Shown here: piece after piece, positions 50,941 through 64,000 of the stretch
Layout: every line of letters begins with the position of its first letter
How positions within the stretch are numbered: the stretch's first letter is position 1
Origin: Eledone cirrhosa
Lineage: Eukaryota
Reading direction: 5' to 3'
Length of the DNA stretch: 64,000 bases
Assembly (NCBI GenBank): GCA_964016885.1
Contig: OZ024743.1
Coordinates: 250,108,001 to 250,172,000, forward strand
The notes under the pieces: generated by a model
Seen by the model: only the letters and a program-made list of their open reading frames with translations
The model's database searches: none
Told to the model about the DNA's origin: nothing
Made by a program: the position numbers and the translations under genes

Positions 50941-51270
50941 TACCATTTTATCGACGTATAGCTTGTACTTTTTTCTAAAATTTGGAGCCTAAAATCTACT
51001 TGTACATTATGTCATGTAGTTTTTGTAAAAGGGAAAAATTATTTTGTTTTTTCTGTAAAACTAAAAGCTGTAATAATTCATTGAAGAAGTTGTAATATTT
51101 CTTTCTTTGTATTTGCCTTTTTAATGCTGAAAATATGTATATTGAGATATTTATATTATTGATGGGTTCAGGAACTTTATTTTATTTTAATTTATTTCAT
51201 TTAACAGTCTTTTTCAAAATTAGGGTGCTTGTTATATGCCAATGCATGTTATATGCTGATAAATACGGTA
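50941..51270. mobile_element. Degenerate pogo/Tc2-like non-autonomous DNA transposon
   Basis: Ends TACCATTTTATCGACGTATA and TATATGCTGATAAATACGGTA form decayed TIRs. Confidence 0.5.
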
Positions 51271-51289
51271 TCAAATGCTGTGATATCAT

Positions 51290-51625
51290 ATCACATTGGC
51301 TCAAGAGCCCTGGAAAGGAGGTAATACTCTTAATTAGGTGATGTGCCATACATATCCACTCTCTCTGTGTTTACTGGTCCTCCTGTCCCTAGGGAAATGT
51401 TATATTGTTGTCAAAGGGCTCAAGGGATCTAAATAGGAGGTAATACCTTTAAATAGGTGATGTGCTATACATATAACCTCTTTCTTCTCCACTCTCTTTT
51501 TACTGATCCTTCCATTCTTGAGGTGGGGGATGTCATGTAGTCAAAGGGGCTCAAGAGCTCTGGAGAGGCTGTACTACCTTTAAATAGGCGATGTGCCACA
51601 CACATATAACCTCTTTCTCTCACCC
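51290..51625. repeat. ~125-bp diverged tandem repeat, 3 units
   Basis: CTCAAG..GGAGGTAATAC.TTTAA.TAGGTGATGTGC.ATACATAT repeated. Confidence 0.8.
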
Positions 51626-53191
51626 CTCCTTTATCTTCCTCTCTGTTCTCTGGCTATTGTATCCCAGGAGAGAAGTCATGTTATGGTCAAAGATTCATGC
51701 TCTGAGGTTAGTATGAAAATTGTCCTAGATTTAAAACCTGCAAGTTTAAAGATGTCTTCTTGACTCTAACCCTACATTGTGTCTTATTGCTAACATTTTG
51801 CAGAGAGCATTGGGTGAATTTTATGAGGGTGGCAGCACTAGTGAGGTTGTATTGGCTCTTGCAACACTAAAGACTATTCCTTACTCAACATTATCTCGAG
51901 GCAATGTAGCCAAGAGAGTGAAATAGAAGAGAGAGCAATAACAGGAAAAGCAGCAGGGAAAATGAGAAAAGGTAGCAAGAGTATGAAGGGAGACACTGAG
52001 AGTTTGTATTAAGGGAGAGGAAGAAGTTAGAGTAGGAGTAATGAGAGTGATGGTAGCTACGTGTTTGCTGTTGAGGGGCAGAATGTTGTATGAATGCTTG
52101 GGGTGAGGGAATAGCCAAGGTGAGTGTAGGGGGGGGGGGGTAATCGAAGTGACAATAATGGTAACTACATGATTGTTGGCGAGAAATAGATGGCTGTATA
52201 AGGTGAGGGGGTGGCAAAAGAAATCAATAAAAAGAAATATAAGACAAACGTTAGTGTCAGCTTGGAGTAACTAATACATTTAGTGTCATTGATGTGGTTG
52301 GAAATGTTGTTATTGGTTTATTATAGTCATCAACCTTATATATATAATCAGTTTTGAATTGTTGCTGTTGTTGTTGTCAGCAGTGACATTGCTACTGCCT
52401 TTATTGATAGCAATGTCTAAACTATTAACATTTAATTATCTCAATTGTCTTAATTAAAACCAAACTAACACATCACACACTTGAGTATGTGTATATGTGA
52501 GTGTAAGTGTGTGTGTGTGTGAATATATATACATTCTTTTACTTGTTTTAGTCATTAGATAGTGGCCATACTGGGGCACTGTATTGAAGGGATTTAGTCG
52601 GTCATAAGAACATTAGTAATGTGATAGGAATGGAATAAAACCTGGAGTAATCAGGGTCCCCTATAATATTTGCAATTTGTTCCTAGCATGGGAAGTGGAA
52701 GTTAAATGATGATGATAATGATGATGGGGAGGATTCTGTAAATAGATCCAGGGCCTGGAATTGGATTGAAATAGTAAGGGGAAATGGGATTTAATGAAGT
52801 TCATTCTTTTCTGCCTTTAACGGAATTAGCATATATGTAAATGGTAGGGAAACTGAATCACAGACTTCCCAATTGAAAGGTTTGTTGGCTTCTTTAAGCT
52901 TCTTTTTCTGACCAGAAATTATTTTTAAGATATCAGATTTTATGTGAGATGAACTTTGGAAATAAATCCTTCAATTTTCATTGGTTGATCTGTTCAGTAG
53001 CTATAAATGATAAGCTGATAATTAAATGATATAAATTCATAGCCTAAAGGTCAAAAGATCATAACCTATCATTAAATCTTTCTCTTGAACATTTTCATGG
53101 CCAAACTTGAGAAAATTGCTGTTTCTGAAGTCCTAGATTCTTTTCGACACATAAGAATACTTTAAGTTGTTGTACTAATTCCCCCCACCCT

Positions 53192-53231
<40 letters not shown>

Positions 53232-53236
53232 CACAC

Positions 53237-53522
<286 letters not shown>

Positions 53523-53839
53523 CAAGAAAGAGAGACCCAGATGATAGAAAATTTGAAATTAAAGGAAAGTGAGATAATATTTCACATTGTCTGAAATGAG
53601 GAACTGTCATTTGAGTTCAACTTTATCTTTCATCCTTCCCATGTCGATAAAATAAAAGACCAGTTAAGTATTGGTATTGATATAATCAACTTTCTCTCCC
53701 CTCAAATTGCTGGTCTTGTGTCAATGTTAGAAAGAATTATTATACAGTGATAGATTCAGACTGATATCCTCATCTCAGTTGTTATAGTCACAGTGTTAAA
53801 CTTGTTGAACCCTCCAGTCCTCTCAGGTACTGGTCATAT

Positions 53840-54060
53840 TTAACACTTTAGCATTTACATTATATATACTATTGTATTTTCACGGTAAAGGCCTTACCTC
53901 ACATAATTATCTCACACAATATCGAATCTATGAGATTTTGATATTTATTTTGAGAACAATACCTTAACATAAGTATGAAAGGCTGATTATGGCCAGTTTG
54001 AATAAAAATAAGTGAGAAAATTCTGGCCTGATACAGTCGATTTAAATACTAAAGGGTTAA
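53840..54060. mobile_element. piggyBac-type MITE, family B
   Basis: TTAA-CACTTTAG..CTAAAGGG-TTAA. Confidence 0.75.
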
Positions 54061-57000
54061 TATAACATTAATATAAACGCATTTATTCAGATTAGTGTTG
54101 TCATCTTGGTTGTCTCACAATGTTTCAACTGTGGTATTCTCCAGTTGTCTGCCATTTCAGTATAACAGTAACATACACTAATATATTCAAACTAATGTCA
54201 TCATCTTGGGTGTTATTGTCAATGTTTCAGCTGTTGTATCCTTCAATGGTCTTCAGGTGTATCTCATATTAGGTATAACTATATATTCAAACAAATGTCA
54301 CAATGTTTCAGCTGTTGTGTCCTCCAACCATCTTCAGGTATCTGCTGTATTTGGTGATGTTTTCAGAATTGAAAGCCAAACTCTTCATTCAATTCACAGG
54401 GAATAGATTGTATACATTCCATTATCAATGCCAGGGAAACTTACATATTAATTACTTCTGAAGTCATTCGATTGTTTAACATATTTGATTGTTTAACATG
54501 AGAGTATGGTGATGGTGATGATGGGGATAGTAATGATGATGGTGGGGATGATGATAATGATGATGATGGTGATGATGATGATGGTGATAATTGTGAAATA
54601 AACTTCTTCACTCAGCCATGCCTCAGAGGAAGAAGAAAAAAAAATTATATTTTTTTTACAGGAGGAAAGCGTGTCTGTGTTTAGTCAGCTATTTTTGGGA
54701 AGTGTGGGTCAGAATATGTCTTAGATATAAAAGTTTTAAAAATAGAAATAATCATGGTATATTTTGAATTAACATGAATGTGTGAGTGTGTGACTGTGTG
54801 TATGCATGTGTGTGTTTCTGAACAAAGCTGTGAGGGAATGAAGGTCTGATGTTTATCAGACTGTGGCAATGCTAATGGATGCAGCAGGAACCCAGAGATT
54901 AAACTCATTACCAACAAGTTAACTAGCAGACTTTCATTACCATATTTCTAAAAAATATTTAAAAAAAGACACGGCCAATAGTTTTTATATAATTTTTAAA
55001 AGAATTAAACATTTAGTGTAATTTAGTAAAATAACTAACTTTCGCATTATTAATCTGCTGTTTAGAAACTAACTTCGATGTTCTTACATAAAATTATGAT
55101 GAAAGGGTTTTCTATATAAAGACTTTAAAATATACAGTTTTGCATTGTGGAATCAGAGGCAAATTCAGACAGTTTGTAACAAAAGGAATGTTGCTTATAG
55201 TGACTGAATTATTGTCTTGTAGAAGACTTAGCTGATGCAAATACTCTACTTTCTTATACATAATGTTGTTTCACAGGATTAAGAAACTTTCTTTTTTTAT
55301 TTTAAAACTCGATACTTAAAGAATAGTTTTAGCATTAAAACTTCTACTTTATATTTCTAATAAGCATTAACATTAAATATCAATAGAATTATACATGCAT
55401 AATAAAATGGCTCTTCAACAAAAGAAATTACTAAATGGTACAGGCAGATCAATAATTGTCAAATCACCAAACAGCTGGCAGTTTTTCAAATGAAAATACC
55501 AATTCTTTGTTAAAGAAAATCATCATCATTTATGTCCATTTTCCCTGCTAGCAAGGGCATGAAGAGATAAAATGAAACAAAGAGTTATTAGATTCCTATT
55601 GTGAGAAAAGCTAAAAGATTATCTCAATGTATTGGTTATTAGTCCTTCATAAAAAAAGAGTACAGTCAGAAGAAAGAGAAGTTTGGAAGGTTTGGAAAAC
55701 TAAAAAAAAGATTTATCAGGCTGGGTGAGATGAGCAGATAAGTAAGTGGCCTATCATGGGGGGGGGGGGGGGGGAGGTAATTAAGTAGTTTAGCATGGGG
55801 TGGGTAAGGCCTTTGAAGTTTTTGTCTACCAAATTTCACTAATAAGACATTGGTCAGCCTGGGACTATAACAGTGCCATACAGTGAGACTGAACTCAAAT
55901 CTATGTGTTTGTAAAGCAAACCCCCTTAACTACACAACCATACTTGCTACTGAGCTAAGTCTTATTTCTTTAAAAATAGAACTTCCACAGTCTTTTGGAA
56001 TTATAATAATTGAAGTGTTTAAGCAATAAACATTGAGCTCCTTAAACAGTTTAATGTTTTCATTATCATAATCTTAAAGTGCTTTGAGGTTTCACTCCAA
56101 TTTAATACTGTAGGAAGAGATAAACAAATACAAACAGCTTAAGATGAAAAAGAATATAGAATTATTATTATTGTTGTTGTTATTATTGTTATCAACATTC
56201 TTCTTCTAATATTCTTCTGTAAGCAGTTTTAATACACTAGCAAGACAGAAAGAATTATCATTTCCTAATAATGGTTATGGTTCTATTTTAAAGCAACAGG
56301 TGTTAACTCTGCAAGGAATGAACATTCTCACATTAAAGAATAAAGAGCAGAAAAATAGATAAATTAAAAATAAATTTTAAATGCTATTGTTTGTGAAAGT
56401 GATTGATTTTTTTATGATCTAAAAATACCCCACCCCAAAAAGAAAATTTCTTTTAAATTTGAAAAATAAACAAAATTTGATGTTATCATCGTTCAGAAAT
56501 TAAAGAATTAATAAAAAAAAAAAAATTTTTTTAAATTAAGCTACTTTTGCAGAATTAGAACTCAGTTCTTCATCTTGGATGCAGGTGTAAAACATGTACA
56601 AAATATGGTGAAAGTGAAAACTAAAATTATAATTTAGTTAATTTATTATTAAATTTTGATTTATCTATTTTTTAGTTTTTTCATTTATTTATTTTTCAGA
56701 AGCTGGTGTGAGAGAATCTATTTTAACCTCAAAGCCTTTCAGTATTCTTCTACACCAAACTGGTTTTTCAGGTATTCTCAGAGGTTTTGAAAAGGTGTTT
56801 GAAATTTTAATGATCCTTTGATAAATTAAAAAAATAACAAAAGGGACTGAGATAGATAGTGTTTAAAAGGTGCTAAATTAAGCAGTTTTATCTCAGTTTT
56901 AGAAAAAAATGTTCTTCTTTAAAACAAAAACAAGAATAGTTTTCGAACTATCTATACAAAGTAACACTTCTAAAAAACAACTGGCCATCATTCACAATCA

Positions 57001-57094
57001 ACTATGACTTGGTAGTATCTACCATGCTATGTGGTGCCCATGTGAGGATGACCAACATGACAGAATACGTGGCATAGCTCAATCCACCTTGTAT

Positions 57095-57385
57095 TATGAT
57101 AATAATGAAAATTATTGTGTACAGTGCTCAGGTGCACTACAACTCATCAAAGGTGCGTGCATATAGAATAATCTACAAATGTCAGGAAAGTGAACAGTGT
57201 ATGAGTCATGATATACACATGGATACATGTGTGTGTGTCTTTGGAGGGAGAAAATCAGGTGTAGTGTTGGCAAATTTCAGGAAGTATGGACATTTTGAAG
57301 ATGCAATGTCGGGAGCTAACAACTGATGCAGGTAGTTTGTTCTATGCTTCAGCAACTCTGAGCTTGAAAATGTTATAGCACAAGA
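57095..57385 (-). mobile_element. CR1-like LINE 3' end
   Basis: Minus frame FKLRVAEA*NKLPASVV (compare the CR1 RV..WNxLP motif), short 3' UTR and (TAT)n-like tail. Confidence 0.6.
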
Positions 57386-58006
57386 TGCTGAATATTCCAC
57401 AAACATGTATACCCCTGCAGTATTTCCCAAGCTAAATCAATGTGACAAAATATGTGATAAGGCTGGACCTTGTATGGTAATAACAGTGGCTAATATTCCA
57501 CAGACGTGTACTCTGAATGTAATTCTCAAGGAGATTCGACATGACACCCACTGTACAAAATCTGGATCTTTGAAGTACTGATGCAATCTATTTTGGATTA
57601 TAGTGAAAGTGGCTGAGTATTCCACAGACGTGTACTCTTAATGTAATTCTCAAGTAGATTCAGTAGGATACTGTGAGTGATAGAGTTGGACCATTGAATT
57701 GCAGGTACAATCTATCTTATTATATTATATTATGTGTGGCTGAGTATTCCACAGACATGATTCTCCTATAATATAATTCCCAAGCTGAATCAATGTGGGA
57801 CAATATATAACAAGACACGTCCCTTGAATTACAGATACAATCCACGATCTTCTACACTGATTATATCAATCTAATTATTTTTAAAAGGCCTGGGTTGATC
57901 CAAATTGTGGGAGAATGAGACATGCTTAAAATGTAACACAGTAGATTTGAACTTATAACTTCCTTATTGTGAAGCAAACTTCAGACATGTTGCCCCATTC
58001 ATGCAA

Positions 58007-58071
<65 letters not shown>

Positions 58072-58604
58072 AAGAGAGAGAAATAACTAAATAAATATTG
58101 TATGATATATATATTGTTTAGTAAGTTGGGTAATTTTGGAAAATCAGCCATTATTCATTGAGGTTGATTGAAGGTTTGTATTATGGACCACATTTTAAAT
58201 TATTACAGAGGAAATGGAGATGTTTATATATATATATATATATATATACATTCATACATATATACATTTATATATGTATATACATACACATACATACCAA
58301 CACAAAAGAGACCATTATCATCGACCTCACAATCAGCAAAATGGTTTAATATATACATCAATACACACACACACAAACATTTATATACCACCAGCACATA
58401 AATGAGCAAATTTACAAATTAGTTACCATTGTATGTAGAATTGCTGGGGTAAATGTTTATCAGAAAATAGGAACAAACATTGTCTGTCTATAAATGGTAG
58501 GATGGTGTGGGACAGGGGTAGGATTTAATGTATTATTTTTATTGGTAGTAATGGTGACATTGGGGTGTCATAGCTTTGTATGTCTTGAAGAAATGATATG
58601 AGCA

Positions 58605-59444
<840 letters not shown>

Positions 59445-59963
59445 CTGCAAACACTCACACATTGGATCCATAGATGTCATTGTGGAATTCTCTTTCAAAA
59501 CCCATATATTACATAGATTACATTGCAACCACCACCACCTTCACCACAACCTCCATCATCTGAATCATCCTCATTATCCTCTTTCTCCTCCTCCTTATCA
59601 TTATTATTATTATTGCCATTGTCATTATCTTTATCACCATCATCACCATCATTGTTATTATCCTCATTACCACCATCACCACCCACCCTCAACAACAATA
59701 ACATCACCACTGCCACACCCACCACCACACTCAGTGTCCTCATCATCAGCTGTCCATCTTACCAGACCAACATCATCATCATCAGTAGCTTAATGGGGGT
59801 GTTCTTATTCAATCATTTCCCTTCTTGCTGGTATTCTCAGGCCTGCAGCAATATCTCTGCATCCCTCCCTCCTTATCTTTTTCTCCTCCTAATAATCTCA
59901 ATCACAGCCTCTCTCTCTCTCCCTTTTTTTCTCAGCCTTAATTCAACACACACATATATATAC

Positions 59964-60000
<37 letters not shown>

Positions 60001-60107
60001 GTTTTACCATCATCTGTAACATGCCCAGCCATAAATAATAAGGAGTCTTTGAGTTCTATTTTCCATCAACCTCAACTGCTTATCATGTTTTCCTTGTTTA
60101 CTTCTAC

Positions 60108-60140
<33 letters not shown>

Positions 60141-60336
60141 CATTATTATCTGTCTTGCACTATAGCTTCAATACAATATGCAGAAAAATTAGCCAGAGAC
60201 AATTGCTTTAATACATATTTGTCTCTCTCTCTCTCTTTCCATCTCTCTCTCTCACACACTCACATTCCCTCATACATACACACACATGCTCATCATAAAA
60301 AGATGCTATACATACACATACATCTCTCTCTCTCTC

Positions 60337-60395
<59 letters not shown>

Positions 60396-60580
60396 TACTA
60401 GATCTATTATTCACTTTGCAGTAAGATATATATTATAGATGATGATGGCTGGTACTTATTTCCCATTTTCCCTGTTTTCTACTGCTTAAACAACAAAATA
60501 TAAAACAACAAATGAAACAGGCTCTTTGCGCACAACACACAAATCTGCAATTTAGCTTTTCAGTAAAACTCTGTATTACT

Positions 60581-60793
60581 TTAACCCTTTAGTGTTTACA
60601 TTACTCTATATATACTATTATATTTTCATGGTAAAGACTTTACCTCACATAATATTGAATCTATGAGATTTTGATATTTATTTTGAGAACGGTACCTTAA
60701 CATGAGTATAAGCAGCCGGTTACAGCTGGTTTGAACAGAAAGACGTGAGAGAATTCTGGCCAGCTATGACCAGTTTAACTGCTAAAGGGTTAA
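60581..60793. mobile_element. piggyBac-type MITE, family B
   Basis: TTAA-CCCTTTAG..CTAAAGGG-TTAA, perfect 8-bp TIR plus TTAA. Confidence 0.8.
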
Positions 60794-60848
60794 CACTTTC
60801 ATAGCTGTATTTCTAATAACATGCACTCTATTTCAAATAATCAATAAA

Positions 60849-60887
<39 letters not shown>

Positions 60888-60919
60888 TATATATATATAC
60901 ATATGTGTCTGTGTGTATG

Positions 60920-61080
60920 TATGCAAAATGTAAACAGAAACAACACTTGATATCACAAAAAAAGGGTCTTTACGTTTTGGACACTAGTCTTTCATCAAAA
61001 GATAGAAAGAGAAATAAAAGATGAAATTGAAAGACAGAGAGTGAGAAGAGCAAGGAATGAAAAAAAATTTTTTTTGAGAA
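60920..61080 (-). mobile_element. PLE-derived short repeat with a degenerate hammerhead
   Basis: Minus strand TCTT-TTGATGA-aagactagtgtcc-AAAA-CG-TA-AAGA. Confidence 0.5.
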
Positions 61081-62309
61081 AAATCACATATGTATTCAGT
61101 CAGCCATAACAAAGGTCACTTATTTAAAAATCAAGTTGGTAAAGCTATGCCAAGGTATTTCAAGTTCAATATGCTTCTACAACCAATAAATAGAATGACT
61201 GAATTTCTTCATGCAAGGTGTAATTCAGATAGAGTCAGGGATGAAAAATTTGGGTAGACAACATGTTTTTAATATATCAATATATTCTTGTGATGATTGG
61301 ATGTTTTTCTCGGGGAGATTTCATCCTACACTTTATATTCATTTTAGTGTCTCTGTGGATACAAATGTGATGTACAATTAGTTTTTAAGATAGATTAATC
61401 AGTTTTATGCTTAGATTTTAGAATATGGATGTATTCCAATGTACTAGAATGCAGCTTAAATGAAACTCTTCAGTTTAGCATATTTTATATTTCATTTGTT
61501 GAAACACATATAAGATTAATAAAAATGTCGGACATATATATATGTATGTATATATATATCATCATCCTTATCATCATCACCGTTTAACGTCCATTTTCCA
61601 TTCTAGCATGGGTTAGACGAGCTATCCCGTTGTGAGACAAGGAGGTCAGAGAACCATGTCTTGCTCATACAGAACTGATTTTGGCTTGTTTTTATGGCCG
61701 GATGCTCTTTCTAACACTAACCACATTTCCAGTGTGATGGGGCACTTTTTGTAGTGTCACCAACTCAACCACTTTATAGTCTGGGCTGGGTGCTTTATGT
61801 CATGACACCTACAAGACACTTAACAGTATGGACTGGGTGCTTTTTGTCATGGCACAAAACGACCACTTTACAGTGTGGACTGGGGACTTGGGTGGGGGAG
61901 GTAGTTCTAGGAGCATGGGTGAGGAGTGGAGTGATAGGATACACACTCATACAAACACGCTTACACATATATATAAATATATAGTCTATTTTTAGAAATG
62001 CTGTGTGATAGGAAGTTTTGAATCGGTAAGTTTGATGCATCAATGTTTTTTAATTAAGAAAAATAGTCTTATAAGTTAACCATATACATCGTGGAGATGG
62101 AAAAATAACTGTATAGCATCACCCCTGGGGTTTACATGCCCAACTTAGACTATTTTTTAGTCAAAAAACGTTGATGCTTCTAACTTACAAATTCAAATAT
62201 ATATATATATTCAATCTTGTGGAATATTGGTATAAAACAGATTTCCAGATGTTGACCCATAAACTATTGACTAAATAAGGGGGTTCTATGGAGAGAGAGG
62301 GGGAGAGAG

Positions 62310-62459
<150 letters not shown>

Positions 62460-63473
62460 AAAGAGAGAAAAAGAGAGGTAGAGAAGAGATTCAGGCAGAG
62501 AAAGAGAGAAACGGACAGAGAAAGAGAGAAAGGCAGACAGAGAGATAGAGAGACAGAGACAGACAAAGAGGGAATGAGAGGGGAGGGGGCAAAGAGAGAG
62601 AGAGAAAGATGGAAATAGATAAAATGTAAAAAGTAATGAGAAAGTGAAAGAAAAAGTAAAAATTGGTTTCATTGAAAAAGAAAAATATATATAAAAATAT
62701 ATAAATAAAATTATAGAGAATAAATAAAGCAAAAATCAACCAAACAAAGAAAAAGAAAGAAACATGTTAAAGAAATATTTATTGCCTGAAGTTATTCCAA
62801 TAACGGAGATTATGGTATTGGAAGTGATAAAGTATAGGAGAGAGAAAGAAAAAAATAAATTTCATAGCAATCCTTTAATACGTTGCATTCTGTTTTGTTT
62901 TGTATGTGTTTCTTCTCTCCTTTTGGCTGTGTCAGCACACACACACGCAGTACACATATACATGTTAACCTTTTTGTTGACACACACACATGCATATGTG
63001 TATGTGTGTAGTGAGGTTAACACACATATGTGTGAGTGTTTGTGGTTATGCATGTATAAGGACGTTAACTGTTGACATATATAAGCAAGAGTTAAGGTGG
63101 AGTTGGAGTTTAAGTTGCTTATACTTCACTAATTTAATAACATAAACTTAATCACCCATCATGTTATTCTTTGACCCAGGCACCGATGCTAGTCTGTGTG
63201 AAATACAGTGACGTGTTACATGCTAGAGAGACATGAGCAGTGAATACTGAGGGAACATGAAGGCTGGAGAGAAACGAATTGAACATGTTTCATATGGTGT
63301 GTGCAAGAGCAAAGATTATGCTAGTATAAACATGTGTGTATGGAGGATGATTGCTGGGTTAAGAAGTATCAGGAGTTTAAGCTGGTATAGCTATGTTATG
63401 TGAATGTATGAGGATTTTCAGGTGCAGAGGTGCCAAGAGTTTAAGCTGGCACATACATGCTATATATATATAT

Positions 63474-64000
63474 AGCAGTTGGAAGCAAGAGGACTGAGAG
63501 TGAACCTAGCTAAGACAAAAGTGTTGATGAGTAGAAAAGAGGACAAAACCCTGATTCCGTCAGGGAAATTGCCATGTTCGATATGCAGAAAAGGAACTGG
63601 CATAAATTCTATAAAATGCACACAATGCAGATCCTGGGTACACAAGAGATGTAGCGGGATAGCAGGCAAACTAACAGGTAGGGAGAAATATGTATGCAGT
63701 AGATGTACAGGGAAATTAGACAGTAGAAGTCGCATTGATAGATACATTTTTCAAATGCAGGAGGGCGCTATAGAAGTGGTGGATAGCTTCCGGTACCTAG
63801 GAGATCAGATTAGCATGGGAGGAAGGTGTTCCGAGGCCATAGTATCTAGAATAAGGACAAGTTGGAAGAAATTTAGGGAGCTGCTTCCTCTGTTGACGAA
63901 GAAGGGTTTCTCCCTGCATATGAAAGGCCGGTTGTATGATGCCTGTGTGAGGAGCACAATGCTGCATGGTAGTGAGACATGGGCAGCAACTGCAGAGGAT
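63474..64000 (+). mobile_element. Second 5'-truncated RTE family A copy (runs off the window)
   Basis: Near-identical to the reverse complement of ~36357-36883; QLEARGLRVNLAKTK..PCSICRK..VVDSFRYLGD; starts directly after (TA)n. Confidence 0.95.

Noticed and set aside
63474-63490. 5' truncation point of the second RTE-A copy lies next to the frameshift site of the first copy
   Set aside because: A single coincidence with no visible sequence mechanism; cannot be supported from two copies.

Overview
AT-rich, microsatellite-saturated animal DNA. The tRNA-derived SINEs, RTE LINEs with (GAT)n tails and very long (TA)n arrays suggest a coleoid cephalopod, probably an octopus (inference, not verified). 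No recognisable host protein-coding gene is present, and nearly all listed ORFs are microsatellite or low-complexity artefacts. The real coding remnants are transposons: a 5'-truncated Penelope-like element (PLE) with ~755-bp inverted pseudo-LTRs and hammerhead ribozymes (30.1-32.4 kb), a full-length DD37D (maT) Tc1/mariner element (34.1-35.4 kb), two young RTE LINE families (one with a complete PHD-type finger inside the RT region), and Rex3-like, CR1-like and CRE-like fragments, plus piggyBac-type MITEs and several SINEs. The most striking observation is in the PLE GIY-YIG endonuclease fragment: it has no frameshifts, and its only two internal stops are both TGA at positions expected to be conserved cysteines (UxxC and UxH). 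This makes it a candidate selenoprotein-encoding PLE, although I could not find a canonical SECIS by eye. Also notable: an HDV-like ribozyme fold at the 5' end of a short RTE-derived element, long diverged duplications flanking TTAA MITEs, and a few candidate minus-strand exons.
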